NCBI RefSeq assembly: GCF_006345805.1
Contig: NC_043010.1
Span: 38,006,001 to 38,070,000, forward strand
Reading direction: 5' to 3'
Length of the DNA stretch: 64,000 nt
DNA from: Octopus sinensis
Taxonomy: Eukaryota
How positions within the stretch are numbered: position 1 is the first letter of the stretch; each line of letters begins with the position of its first letter. The position numbers and the translations under genes were made by a program. Shown here in pieces: positions 51,730 through 63,171 of the stretch. The notes under the pieces are model-generated. The model had not been told where the DNA came from, ran no database searches, and was given only the letters and a program-made list of their open reading frames with translations.

Positions 51730-53520
51730 ATGAGTTCAAATTCCGCTGAGGTCAAGTTTGCTTTTCATCCTTTCAGAATGAAAGGCAAAGATAATATTAC
51801 CTTCCAGTGAAGCAAACACGGAATTACCCTTTGGAGGAAGGAATTTACAGCATGAGTGACAACTCCTAGTAGTCACAGACATTAAATACAAATTGATACA
51901 GTTAGCCGTAATCTGGAACATAACTGAGAGCTACCACAGTATCCAACTGGATAAAATACATCTCTAAAATATCCAACTCTGCTGGGTGGTTGGTGTTAGG
52001 AAGGGCATCCAGCTGTAAAAACCTAGCCAAAACAGACAGTTGATTACAGTTAGGGGCTGAACCTGGAACCATGTGGTTGAGAAGCCAACTTCTTACCACA
52101 CATAGGTGAAAACACCTATGCCTAATTAACGAGCAAAGTAAAAAAAAAAAAAGAAAAAAAGAAACCAGTTGTTAGCATATTGTTGATACTCTCCAAAATT
52201 AATTGTAACACAAACACATTGCATTTCATTAGAAAGCCGTTAAATTAAAAGTTGGTTAAAGTTGGTGTCACAAAAGAAGTTCATGTAGGACTATGACATA
52301 ACAGTTATTAACAACAGGAAACAAAGCAAAGACTGTTTTTGTTTTGTTTTTCTTATGTGAATAGTTTTGACATGTGAAAAGATGAAAAGGATGGGTTTTC
52401 TATTTGAAACTTGTTTTTACAGGTTATGAATGTCTGTTTCTGCATCTGTGGTCTGTTTTATATTCGCTTTTGCATGTTTGTGTGTTTCGGTGTGTATATG
52501 TGTATACGTATGCGGATGTTACTTTGTAGGTCACCTGAATACGAGTTCTTATGTATACTTATTTATTTGCATACTTATTTATACACACATACAATATATA
52601 TATATATATACGTGGAGGTGCAATGGTGCAGTGGTTAGAGCAGCGGACTTGCAGTCGTAGGATCACGGTTTCGATTCCCAGACCGGACATTGTGTTTATT
52701 GAGAAAAAAACATGAGACTCTGGCATGTGGTGGTGGTGAACCCTGCCGTGTTCTTTCACTACAACTTTCTCTCGCTCTTTCTTCCTGTTTCTCTTGTACC
52801 TATATTTCAAAGGGCCAGCATTGTCACACTCTGTATCACACTGAATCTCCCCAAGAACTAAGTTAAGGGTACACGTGTCTGTGGAGTGCTCAGCCACTTG
52901 CACATTAATTTCATGAGCAGGCTGTTCTGTTGATTGGATCAACTGGAACCCTTGTCATCGTAATTGACAGAGTGCTGTAGTATACCCCCCCCCCCACACA
53001 CACATATATATATACATACATACAACACACACACACACATATATATATACATACATACACACACACACACATATGTTTATACATATATATATATATATAT
53101 ATTAATGTGAGATTCATCATTATCATCATTGTTTAGCATCTGCCTTCCATGTTGGCATGGGTTGACCTGAGCTGGCCAGGCAGGAGCCTGCACCAAACTT
53201 CTGTGTCTCTTTTGGCTGGGTTTTTACAGCTGGATACCCTTCCTAACACCAACCACCCAGCAAAGTTGGATATTTTAGAGACGTATTTTATCCAGTTGGA
53301 TACTGTGGTAGCTCTCAGTTATGTTCCAGATTACGGCTAACTGTATCAATTTGTATTTAATGTCTGTGACTACTAGGAGTTGTCACTCATGCTGTAAATT
53401 CCTTCCTCCAAAGGGTAATTCCGTGTTTGCTTCACTGGAAGGTAATATTATCTTTGCCTTTCATTCTGAAAGGATGAAAAGCAAACTTGACCTCAGCGGA
53501 ATCTGAACTCAGAACATAAG
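51730..53520. repeat. Inverted duplication of ~300 bp (51730-52030 versus 53210-53520)
   Basis: Both arms encode the same spurious 61-aa peptide; direct reading shows they are reverse complements with only a few differences. Confidence 0.92.
52612..52977 (+). mobile_element. SINE family C (tRNA-derived head with A/B boxes, gtggaggcgcaatgg..); representative copy
   Basis: Related copies at 2253-2560(+), 24805-25112(-) and 32945-33237(-) share the head and central domain but differ in their 3' tails. Confidence 0.85.
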
Positions 53521-54250
53521 GATATCTGAAATACTGCTAAGTATTTTGTCTGGTGCTAATGGTTCTACCAACTGTCTGCCTTAATGTTAATGATAATAAT
53601 GATAACATAAGCTCAAGGCCTGATGTATGGAGGGAGGAAGTACATTGATATAATTGAGGCTAGTATGAGACTGATATTTTATTTTATTAACCCCAAATGA
53701 ATGTAAAGCAGAGTTGGCCTTGACTGAATTTGAAACCTGAATCTAAAGAATAATTTATTTTGATGCTTAAACTCAAGGTTGTTGTTTGTTTTCCCTCTGA
53801 AAAAGCCACGATTGTCTCTCCTTTTTAAATCAAAATTGATTCCGCTAGCAATACTGATGCTCATTGTAACAGAAATAAATACCTTCTAATACCATTTTGA
53901 GGATTTTCATTGACCCTCAACCTTCTAGCATTTAAAGGATTGATCCAAATATTCTACATGTTTTATGTTGAAACTGGCCTGATCAAGACTTTCACACCTT
54001 CCCTACAATGTTATACTAAAAATATACAATTCCATCATTGAAACTGCTAAGCCATGATTAATTTAAAACATTGTGAATGAATAATCATTTTACAATTGAC
54101 AGAGTAATCTGAATGCTTAAAGGGTTAATCCTTGTTTCCTTTCATCAAAATTTTGTTTGGATGTTTACCACCATAGTTCATCACTGTTCTCATTACCCAA
54201 TGCTTCATCTAATTAATCTCTAATCCTTGTGTTTAATTTGATCTTTTTAG

Positions 54251-54355
54251 ATTTTGGGATGACTGGATGCGCCATCCGGAACAGAGGAAAAACAGGGCCT
54301 GTATCAGACCCGAAATATGTCGAACGAGTACTTTTGGCAAACAAGGAGTTAGCAA
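54251..54355 (+). CDS. MGAT1: MGAT1 coding exon 8 (aa 287-322, [35 protein letters not shown]); contains the catalytic-base Asp of FWDDW
   Basis: Acceptor atctttttag, donor CAA|GTGGGT; FWDDWMR and RACIRPE motifs. Confidence 0.98.
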
Positions 54356-57014
54356 GTGGGTTTACTCATTACAAAGACATTTCTTTGACTTCTTTTTTTT
54401 TGTTTGTTTGTTTCTTCCCTTTTAGTTTCCTTATATAAGTAAAAGTTACATCTTTGTATATCTTGTTTGCCCTTTATATCTATGCACATATAACTACATA
54501 CAAACATGCATGCATGCATACGACAGATTTCATTCAATTGCTGTCTGCCAAATCCATTCACAAGGCTACAATAGAAGGGGTTGATAAATAAAGTACCAGT
54601 TTTGCACGGGGGGGGGGCGATATAATCGACTCAATCCCTTCGTCTGTCCTTGTTTGTCCCCTCTATGTTTAGCCCCTTGTGGGCAGTAAAGAAATATACA
54701 ATAGAAGACACTTGCCCAAGGTGCCATGGAGTGGGACTTAACCCGGAACCATGTGGTTGGGAAGCAAACTTCTTACCACACAGTCACTCCCGTGCCTGTG
54801 TGTGTGTATAAAATTTATATATAGCCTTTTGGTTAGCATATAATAATTCTCAGTTATGAACTCGAGGTTCATTCCAACTTTGTGGCATTGGTTTGGCCAA
54901 GTGTCTTCTACTAAACGATCAGGGCAACGCAAGGTTTATCATCAAAATAACCTCAGCAAAGGAAGCCTGTTGACCAGACTGCTCTTGTCATTGAAAGAGC
55001 CAGTCATAGACCTGCAGTGTCACTCTGACTCTGCCTGGGGAGTTTGTTAATGATTACAATTGGTTATGCAATACTCAACCACAGGACACTTTATGACAGT
55101 GAATAGACAGTCCAGTTAATTGAACAACTGGAAGAACCTTCGTTAACTGAAACCTTCACAGTGCACTTGTGATTACAAGTGAGAAGAACTACCCAATGCA
55201 CAACAAAGTACAATGTACAGTATGAAGTACAGTGTGTATATTGTTTGTGTAATTGAAATATAAATTAACTGTAGTTAATTTATCATTCAGGTTTCTGAAT
55301 ATCAAAACAGCCTGTTGTATTCTATATTTAGAAAGCAATCAGCAGCCAGATTTTATTAGATGTATTCTGGTGGAAAAAGAAAAAATGATTAATTAATTAC
55401 AAAGCATTTTTTTTTCATTGTTGTTGTTGTTGTTGTTGTAGATTACAAAATGTCATAAAAATATTCAGGAGAAACATTGTGAAAGTCTGTTCTAATTGGT
55501 CTGAAAATTTTACTGCTACAAGTGTAATGAACATACAAAGATACACATACATATACATAAATACTTGCCGATGACACATTGTCATCATCGTCATCATCTT
55601 AATGCTCACTTTTCCATTCTTGCACAGATATGACAGGACTTGTTCTGGCAGATCTTTCTATGACCAGATGCCCTTCATGTCACCAACTCTCTCCGGTTTA
55701 CCCAAGAAGTTATTTTGTCTTGCCCCCACCCATGGCCAGACATGTTTTTCACAAAAGTTGGGCATGAAGGACAACAGATGTATGATGGTGACACTTGTTT
55801 ATTTACAACCATCACACGATGTCAAGACAAAGGAACACATACACACATGCATCATGTACAATAGGATTCGTTCAGTTTCTATTTGGAAGAATCCACTCTT
55901 AAAACTTTGTTTGGTCTGCATATCATCATAATAATAGGTGACACTTATAATTATAATAGTAATAATAATAATAATAATGCTCAGTACCATAGATTTGCTT
56001 GTCAGTTGTTTGACCTTAATCAATTGACCATGTCCCTTTGGGGCTGACGATATGTGCATATCTGATCACAAGCAGAAGTAGTGGGGAAGTATCATAGCCA
56101 TGTGTTGAGAGGGATTCTTCGGAGTTTGAATAATTCACCTTTGGAAACATGGGTGGTTCATTCAACATCCTTAAACAATCCTTATTCGGGGACCTTTTGA
56201 GCAGGATGGGTTACTCAGCCAGAATAAAATTCTAACTGGGCCCCACCTGCAAGGTCATGTGCTGTTTATCTTGATATGAGATCACCATGTCGTGCACACA
56301 TGGTTGTGATGCATGTTCCTAGTGTACCCTTATCAGATGGGTAGTCATGATGGGTATACTGGGCTTCGTATATTTGTACCCCAGTGTCACTTTGATGGCA
56401 TGCGCTGCACTCTCACTCAATAATAATAAGATTAATAATATAAGATGACACTTGTCCAAAGTACAACTACACAGTGACACCAATACATGACACCTGTATT
56501 GGGGAAGCAAACTTCTTAACCATAATTGCCATACCTTTGAGAATTTTTTTTTACACACACACACACATTTGAATTACCTACCTGTAAGTAAAATAATATT
56601 TTTAGATAGAATGTAGTTTAATTTCTGACTCTCCTTAGCTATATGTGGCCGGTCCTAGCACCCATGCCGGTGGCACATAAAAAGAAACTTTCAAGCATTG
56701 GGCCCCACTGAGGCAATGACAAATGACTGAGGCCTTTTGGCAATATGTTGTGCTTGAGAAGAAGACCCATCAAGCCAAGTGAAATTATTGTCGTGGCAGA
56801 TACTGGTTCCGTGCAATTTGCACCTGTGCCGGTGGCACATAAAAGCATCCATTACACTCTGAGTGATTTGCGTTAGGAAGGGCATTTAGCCATGGAAACC
56901 ATGCCAAGTCAGACCACAGTCTGGTGCAGCCCCTCAGCTTACCAGCCCTGATCAAACTGTCCAACCCATACCTGCATTGGACAATGGGCATTAAATGGTG
57001 ATATATATATATAT

Positions 57015-57464
57015 ATATATATATCTAAAAAAACACACACACACACATATGGTGATGCAGACAGGAAAAATAGAACTTAAAATATGAGTATTTGTATATT
57101 TTTATTAACATTTAGCAGGAGTAACAGTGTAATTCAAGGCCTGAGAATTTTAGTTGTTGTCAGAAACTCTCTCTCACTTTGAGTTACTCTGTTACTTCTG
57201 TTAATATTAATAAAGTATATATACATATATATTATATATATATATAATATATATATATATCTAAAAAAACACACACACACACACATATGGTGATGCAGAC
57301 AGGAAAAATAGAACTTAAAATATGAGTATTTGTATATTTTTATTAACATTTAGCAGGAGTAACAGTGTAATTCAAGGCCTGAGAATTTTAGTTGTTGTCA
57401 GAAACTCTCTCTCACTTTGAGTTACTCTGTTACTTCTGTTAAATATTAATAAAGTATATATACA

Positions 57465-57500
<36 letters not shown>
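57015..57500. repeat. Near-perfect 238-bp tandem duplication bounded by (TA)n
   Basis: ggtgatgcagac occurs at 57051 and 57289. Confidence 0.93.
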
Positions 57501-57510
<10 letters not shown>

Positions 57511-57759
57511 CATAAGATGCACCATTTGAGTGTGGCCGTTGCCAGTACCCCCTAACTGGCCCTCGTGCCAGTGGCACGTAAAAGCACCCACTACACTCTT
57601 GGAGCGGTTGACGTTAGGAAGGGCATCCAGCTGTAGAAACTCTGCCAGATCAGATTGGATTCTGGTGCGCCAGACCTCAGTCAAATCGTCCAACCCATGC
57701 TAGCATGGAAAGCGGACGTTAAACGATGATGATGATATATATACATACATATGCATATA

Positions 57760-57981
57760 CACGAGAGAGAGCTGAAAAGTTCCTGGCTTTGGGTAGAAAA
57801 TACAGAAGTATCAGTTGATTATGGTTTTATTCAACACATTGCCCTCTCAGATTCACACACTTATTGCAGCAGTCCTTCAGTTTTTCTTAGCCCCGTAAAA
57901 GAACTTGGAAGGTCGGGCCTCCAACCTGGCCTTTCATAACACCCTTTTACAATGCCAGAAACTTTTCAGCACCCCAACCCA
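57760..57981. mobile_element. Tc1/mariner-like MITE
   Basis: TIR-like CACGAGAG..CTGAAAAGTTCCT / AAACTTTTCAGCACCCC in TA context; a second copy at ~24555-24765 has the better-preserved right TIR aggaacttttcagtaccctctcgtg. Confidence 0.65.
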
Positions 57982-58501
57982 TGTCTGTGTTTGTATGTAT
58001 TGGTTCTTTGTAACATTTTTTGTCATTGATATAGTTATCTCCCCCTTATCTAAAACCCAATCTACAGTTATTCCAGTGTTTCTTGACCATTTTTTACCTA
58101 AGAACCCTTTTGATTCCTATTTCACTCAGATGGACCCTCCTAGTCATTCGATGTCTAGAAAACATTTTTTTATAATTGAATTTTACAAGGAATTGTGTAA
58201 AAAGAATTAAAATATTTTATGCATTATAGAGGTACAATAAATTTATTGTGCATTAACTTTAACAACAAAATCTTATATTTGGGTTCTGAAAGGGCCATAT
58301 GAACCCTGGTTGAGAACCACTCCCCTGGCCATGATAACTATTTATAAATACTTGTGTGTGTTTGTAATGAATTCCAAACCTATATTTATTCATGTCTCAT
58401 TTTTGTTCTTCTTATTTTCATATCACCAACACCAACTCCGATGTGGCTGTAACCATCACCATTGTTATTATTATTATTTATTATTATTATTGTGATCATA
58501 G

Positions 58502-58592
58502 AGGCCAGTTCTTTGACAAACATCTCAAATTTATCAAACTAAATCAACAATTTGTGCCTTTCACCAAGAAGGATATATCCTACCTCATGCAG
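58502..58592 (+). CDS. MGAT1: MGAT1 coding exon 9 (aa 322-352, GQFFDKHLKFIKLNQQFVPFTKKDISYLMQ)
   Basis: Acceptor gatcatag after an (ATT)n tract, donor CAG|GTAAGG; GQFFD.HLKFIKLNQQFV motif. Confidence 0.97.
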
Positions 58593-59691
58593 GTAAGGCA
58601 GTTTCTTTTCTCTTGAGTGTGTACGTGTCTGTCTGTCTGTCTGTCAGCAATTTTGTATTTGAGCTTGTGGACATGTGTTAGTGAGTCTCTCTCTCTCTCA
58701 GTGTATGTATGGTCTTGTGCATATATGCATATGTATCAGTTTTAGCATGTTTGTGTCTCACTATGTGTATGTGTCATTGAATGTGTGTATGTGTCATTGA
58801 ATGTGTGTATGTGTCATTGAATGTGTGTATGTGTTAGCATGTCTTTCTCTTTCAATGGATTTGCGTATATCTCTTTTACTCTCTTTTACTTGTTTCAGTC
58901 ATTTGACTGCGACCATGCTGGAGCACCGCCTTTACTCGAGCAACTCGACCCCGGGACTTATTCTTTTGTAAGCCCAGTACTTATTCTATCGGTCTCTTTT
59001 GCCGAACCGCTAAGTAACGGGGACATAAACACACCAGCATCGGTTGTCAAGCAATGCTAGGGGAAAAACACAGACACACAAACACACACACACGCATATA
59101 TATACATACACATATATACGATGGGCTTCTTTCAGTTTCCGTCTACCAAATCCACTCACAAGGCTTTGGTCGGCCCAAAGCTATAGTAGAAGACACTTGC
59201 CCAAGGTACCATGCAGTGGGACTGAACCCAAAACCATGTGGTTGGTAAACAAGCTACTTACTACGCAGCCACTCCTGCGCCTATGTATGTTTGAATTAGT
59301 TTGAGTAGGTCTGTTTGTATCTCTTATTTTGTGTGTGTGTGTGCGTATATGAGCATGTATGTACTTACAAGTGTGTGTGTGTGTGTGTGTGTTTCTTTCT
59401 CTGACTGTGTACTCGACTGTCTGATTGTACATGCCTCTGATTGTCTGATTGTGTTTTTATATGTCCGTTTATGTTCAAATGTATGCAATTGTACATATGT
59501 GTTTGTGTGATTTTGTCTATGTAAGAGCCTGATTGCTTGCCTCTGTAATCATGCACATATATACTTTCTCAAATGTAAGTGAATGTGAATAATTATAAGG
59601 TTGTCTCCGTTTGTGTGTGCATATGTATACAAATATATATTATACATGTGTGTGTACATTACGGTTCTATACTTAAGAGATGAGGTAATGC

Positions 59692-59726
<35 letters not shown>

Positions 59727-59790
59727 ATATTTATGTATGTACGATAATTATAAAAGAAAACACCTACATATGAACATTATTTATATTTTT

Positions 59791-60066
59791 TATATCATTT
59801 ACACTTGATGGATATTTGTCCTCATCTTGTTTGTTGTTAACACAATGTTTTGGCTGATATACTCTCCAGCCTTCATCAGGTATCTTGGAGAAATTTCAAA
59901 CCTGGGTTCTCATTGCTAAGGTATTTTTTGATGATGATGTTGTTGTTGTTATTCAGGTCACTGCCTGGAATCGAACTCGGGATCTTGGGCTTAGTAGCCC
60001 GTGCTCTTAACCACTAAGAGCGCAGGCCACTAACCCCAAGATTCCAAGTTCGATTCCAGGCAGTGA

Positions 60067-60107
<41 letters not shown>

Positions 60108-60250
60108 TCGAAAAATACCTTAGGAATGAGAACCCAGGTTCAAAATTTCTCCAAGACGCCTGATGAAGGCTGGAGGGTATATCAGCCGAAACGTTGTGTT
60201 AACAACAAACAAGATGAGGACAAATATCCATCAAGTGTAAATGATGTATA
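59791..60250. mobile_element. Head-to-head fold-back of a tRNA-headed, hammerhead-bearing SINE-like element (family H1)
   Basis: Arms 59791-60009 and 60015-60250 are reverse complements around the loop ACCAC. Each arm has part of a tRNA-like head with B box (AGTTCGATTCC at 60047-57), an (AAT)n linker, the hammerhead body and an aatgtaaat-type tail. Confidence 0.85.
60155..60200 (+). ncRNA. Minimal type-I hammerhead ribozyme motif, family H1 (core intact)
   Basis: Stem I GACGC(60155-59)/GUGUU(60196-200); CUGAUGA 60160-66 plus an extra A; stem II GGCUG/CAGCC; GAAA 60188-91; palindromic ACGU stem III; predicted cleavage after GUU at 60195. Confidence 0.7.
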
Positions 60251-60291
60251 TACAGCTTTGTTAAATACATGTTATTTATATCTTTTGCTAG

Positions 60292-60462
60292 GATAAGTAT
60301 GATGTAGATTTTATAAAACGAGTGTACAGTTGTATGACTGTGACAGCAACAGACGTTGTAAACGGCATCGGCAAAGACAAGAAATGTCTCCGAGTACAGT
60401 ATAACACCAAAGAAGAATTCAAGACGTTTGCAAAGCAGCTAGGCATCATGGACGATCTTAAG
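60292..60462 (+). CDS. MGAT1: MGAT1 coding exon 10 (aa 353-409, DKYDVDFIKRVYSC...LRVQYNTKEEFKTFAKQLGIMDDLK); final exon not in window
   Basis: Acceptor tcttttgctag, donor AAG|GTGAGT; RVQY..F..FAK.LGIMDDLK matches the GnT-I C-terminal domain. Confidence 0.96.
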
Positions 60463-60700
60463 GTGAGTTGATGGCGTTCACCAAGCTATGGTGTCTGTAT
60501 GACAAGTGTTAGATGTTGCGTGTAAAACACAATTGGATTTTTGTTGATGTGTTGTCCCAGCCTCACTCTGATAACAGCTGGGATCTTACGCAGGAGTATG
60601 ATCCAATTACCTTGTTGTTAGTGTGAAGTGATCCAGCTCGCTTCTTGTAGGCCAGTAACAATCTAGTTATGTTCTTGTAGATGGAAAGGGATCTTATTAA

Positions 60701-60920
60701 CCCTTTAGTGTTCAGATTATTCTGTCAAATGTGATATTTGTTTATTTACATTGTTTTGAATTAATCATTTATTATCTTGTAATTTAGAAATTTCTGTGAT
60801 GTGATTTTTTAGTTTTAGAATGACATGGTAGGGCTGAGGTGAGAGGTGAGATCTGGTCAGTTTCAATATAAAACAGGTTAAATATTTTGGCCAGATACGG
60901 CCTGTTTGAACGCTAAAGGG
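60701..60920. mobile_element. piggyBac-type MITE (family P2)
   Basis: TTAA at 60697-700 and 60921-24 with CCCTTTAG/CTAAAGGG TIRs; related copies at 29792-29991, ~53925-54124 and ~62120-62505. Confidence 0.85.
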
Positions 60921-63171
60921 TTAAAGATCTTTTTAAAGGATGCCAAAGAAACCAGTTGTTGTCTTGTTGATGGGGAGTATGATCCAGCTGCCTTTTCATA
61001 GTTGGGGAGAGATCTAGTTTCTTCTTGCAGGTCAGTAATGGTCCACCTGTCTTTAAAGTCGGGGCTGATCCAGCTTCATTCTGATAGTTAATGAGCAATT
61101 TATAACTTTGTGGGTTTGGCAATGATCCATTTTATATTACGGACGTGCATTGATCCATCTCCCTTCTGATATATGGAAAGTGACCCAGCCACCTTGTAGG
61201 TACTGAGTCTTCCAGCTACTGATAGGAAACGATCCAGCTACCCTCTTATCAGTTGGATGTGATCCAGCTACCTTTTTATAGACAGTGATTCAGCTGCCTT
61301 CTTGAAGGTGAGGTTCACTGCTCTTTAATGGCAGAACATTTTCCTGATGATAGATTTAGATGTTGTGAGTGTAGTGGTGAAAGCAAATGTCTGTTATCAT
61401 CTGTTTTGAGCATCATAGCTGCCATTTGTTGCTAAACATAGAAAGAGAATAATTTTATTTGCATGTTCTGAAATGTGGTCTTATCTTTTTTCATGCTACC
61501 ATTTCCTGTCTTCTATCTTGCTCAGTGAACCTCTGTGGCCCATTAGTTCCTCTGTTGTTCTGCAATTTCCATGAAATTAAATTGACAAAGTATTTATCTT
61601 CAGAACATACCCCACTTCCCTGTCTCTCTATTACTCTTTACTCTTTTACTTGTTTCAGTCATTTGACTGTGGCCATGCTGGAGCACTGCCTTTTAATCGA
61701 GTAACTTGACCCCAGTACTTATTCTATTGGTCTCTTTTGCCGAACTGCTAAGTAATGGGGACATAAACACACCAGCATCGGTTGTCAAGCAATGCTAGGG
61801 GGACAAACACACACACACACGCACACACACACACACATATATATGTATACATATATACGACGGGCTTCTTTCAGTTTCTGTCTACCAAATCCACTCACAA
61901 GGCTTTGGTCGGCCGGAGGCTATAATAGAAGACACTTGCCCAAGGTGCCACGCAGTGGGACTGAACCCAGAACCATGTGGTTGGTAAACAAGCTGCTTAC
62001 CACACAGCCACTCCTGCGCCTATTGCAGATACTTTTTTTTTCTTTTGGTAGTACAGGAAATGCAGTCAGTATTGTAAGCTAATGAAATACTTGTCAGATT
62101 TATAGTGCTATCACTGCTTCACCCTTTAGTATTTAAACTGGCCGTATCCAGTCAAAATATTCTACTTGTTTTATTTTCAAACTGGTCAGATCCAGCCTCT
62201 CACACCTACCCTTCAATGTCATTCTAAAAGTGAACAATGGTGTCATCAAAATCTTGAAGTTACAAGCTAATGCATGATTAACCTTTTAGTATTTAAACCA
62301 GCTATATCCAACCCAAATATTCTGCTTGCTTTTATGTTCAAACTGGCCCGATCCAACATCTCACACCTACCCTACAATGTCATTCTGATAATAAGCAATC
62401 ACATTGTGGAAATCTCAAAGCTACAAGATAATCCATGATTAATTGAAAACAATGTGAATGAATAGGCGTAGAATTTGACAGAATAATCTGAATGCTAAAG
62501 GGTTGATTCAAAACTATCATCATCATCATCACCCATTAAAAAATTGTGTTATCTCCCCTCTAAAATTAAAGATTGGATTAAAAGGGTTAAATCCTTTTGA
62601 TTCAGTACTTCAGCACATTGTTGACTTTTGGCCATTTTCGATAGGAATGGTATGATATGCTATAAAAATGCTATCAGATTTAATAAGATGTTTAAGTTTT
62701 TCAGTTTTGTATGATTTATTATAAAAATATCAGATTCAATAAGTTGTTTAATCCTTTCGCTTTTCATGGTTATTAATTTTTTTTTATTTAGGGTTAAAAT
62801 AATTTTGTTTTAGTTCGGGCAGATAACCCAGTTCTTTAATGGGGGTGAGATAACCAGAAAGTACCAACTTTCTCTTGTTTGTCCACCCATCCATTTAGTA
62901 CCAGTTGCATACTAGGGCCCATATCCGAAAGAACGTCTCTATTTCTGTGAATAACGAGCGCGTTACTTTTGTGTGTAGGGGAGATAACTGGAGAAAAAAA
63001 TTGAATTTTGTTGACATTTAAAGACCGAAGTTACGAGAGGAAGTATTGAAGCTATTTGCGATAATAATGCATAAACGCACACCCATACACACGTCTTTCA
63101 GTTTCCGTCCACCAAACCTACTCAAAAATCTTTGGTAGGACCGAAGCCATAGCAGAAAACTCTTGCAAGGT

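Larger units (their letters stand above)
4208..60462 (+). other. MGAT1: MGAT1 gene body (alpha-1,3-mannosyl-glycoprotein 2-beta-N-acetylglucosaminyltransferase, GnT-I, GT13); 10 coding exons visible, 3'-incomplete; upstream non-coding exon implied
   Basis: The spliced product has a short cytoplasmic tail plus TM, a coiled-coil stem, and GnT-I motifs IACDR, SQDCG, KFQGYYKIARHYRWA, VEDDL, LWCVSAWNDNG, LLYRTDFFPGLGW, FWDDWMR, RACIRPE, GQFFDKHLKFIKLN and LGIMDDLK. All 9 internal introns are GT-AG with consistent phases (0,1,2,0,1,1,2,2,0). Confidence 0.97.

Noticed and set aside
26905-60250. Explaining all fold-backs as chimeric-read or assembly artefacts
   Set aside because: The arms differ by substitutions and indels (including CpG-type decay and distinct core mutations), which fold-back read artefacts would not produce. 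The near-identical tandem duplicate at 57015-57500 could still be an artefact.
60590-61320. CRISPR-like repeat-spacer array
   Set aside because: Eukaryotic intron, core only ~9 nt and degenerate, no constant long repeat and no cas genes; treated as an old minisatellite.
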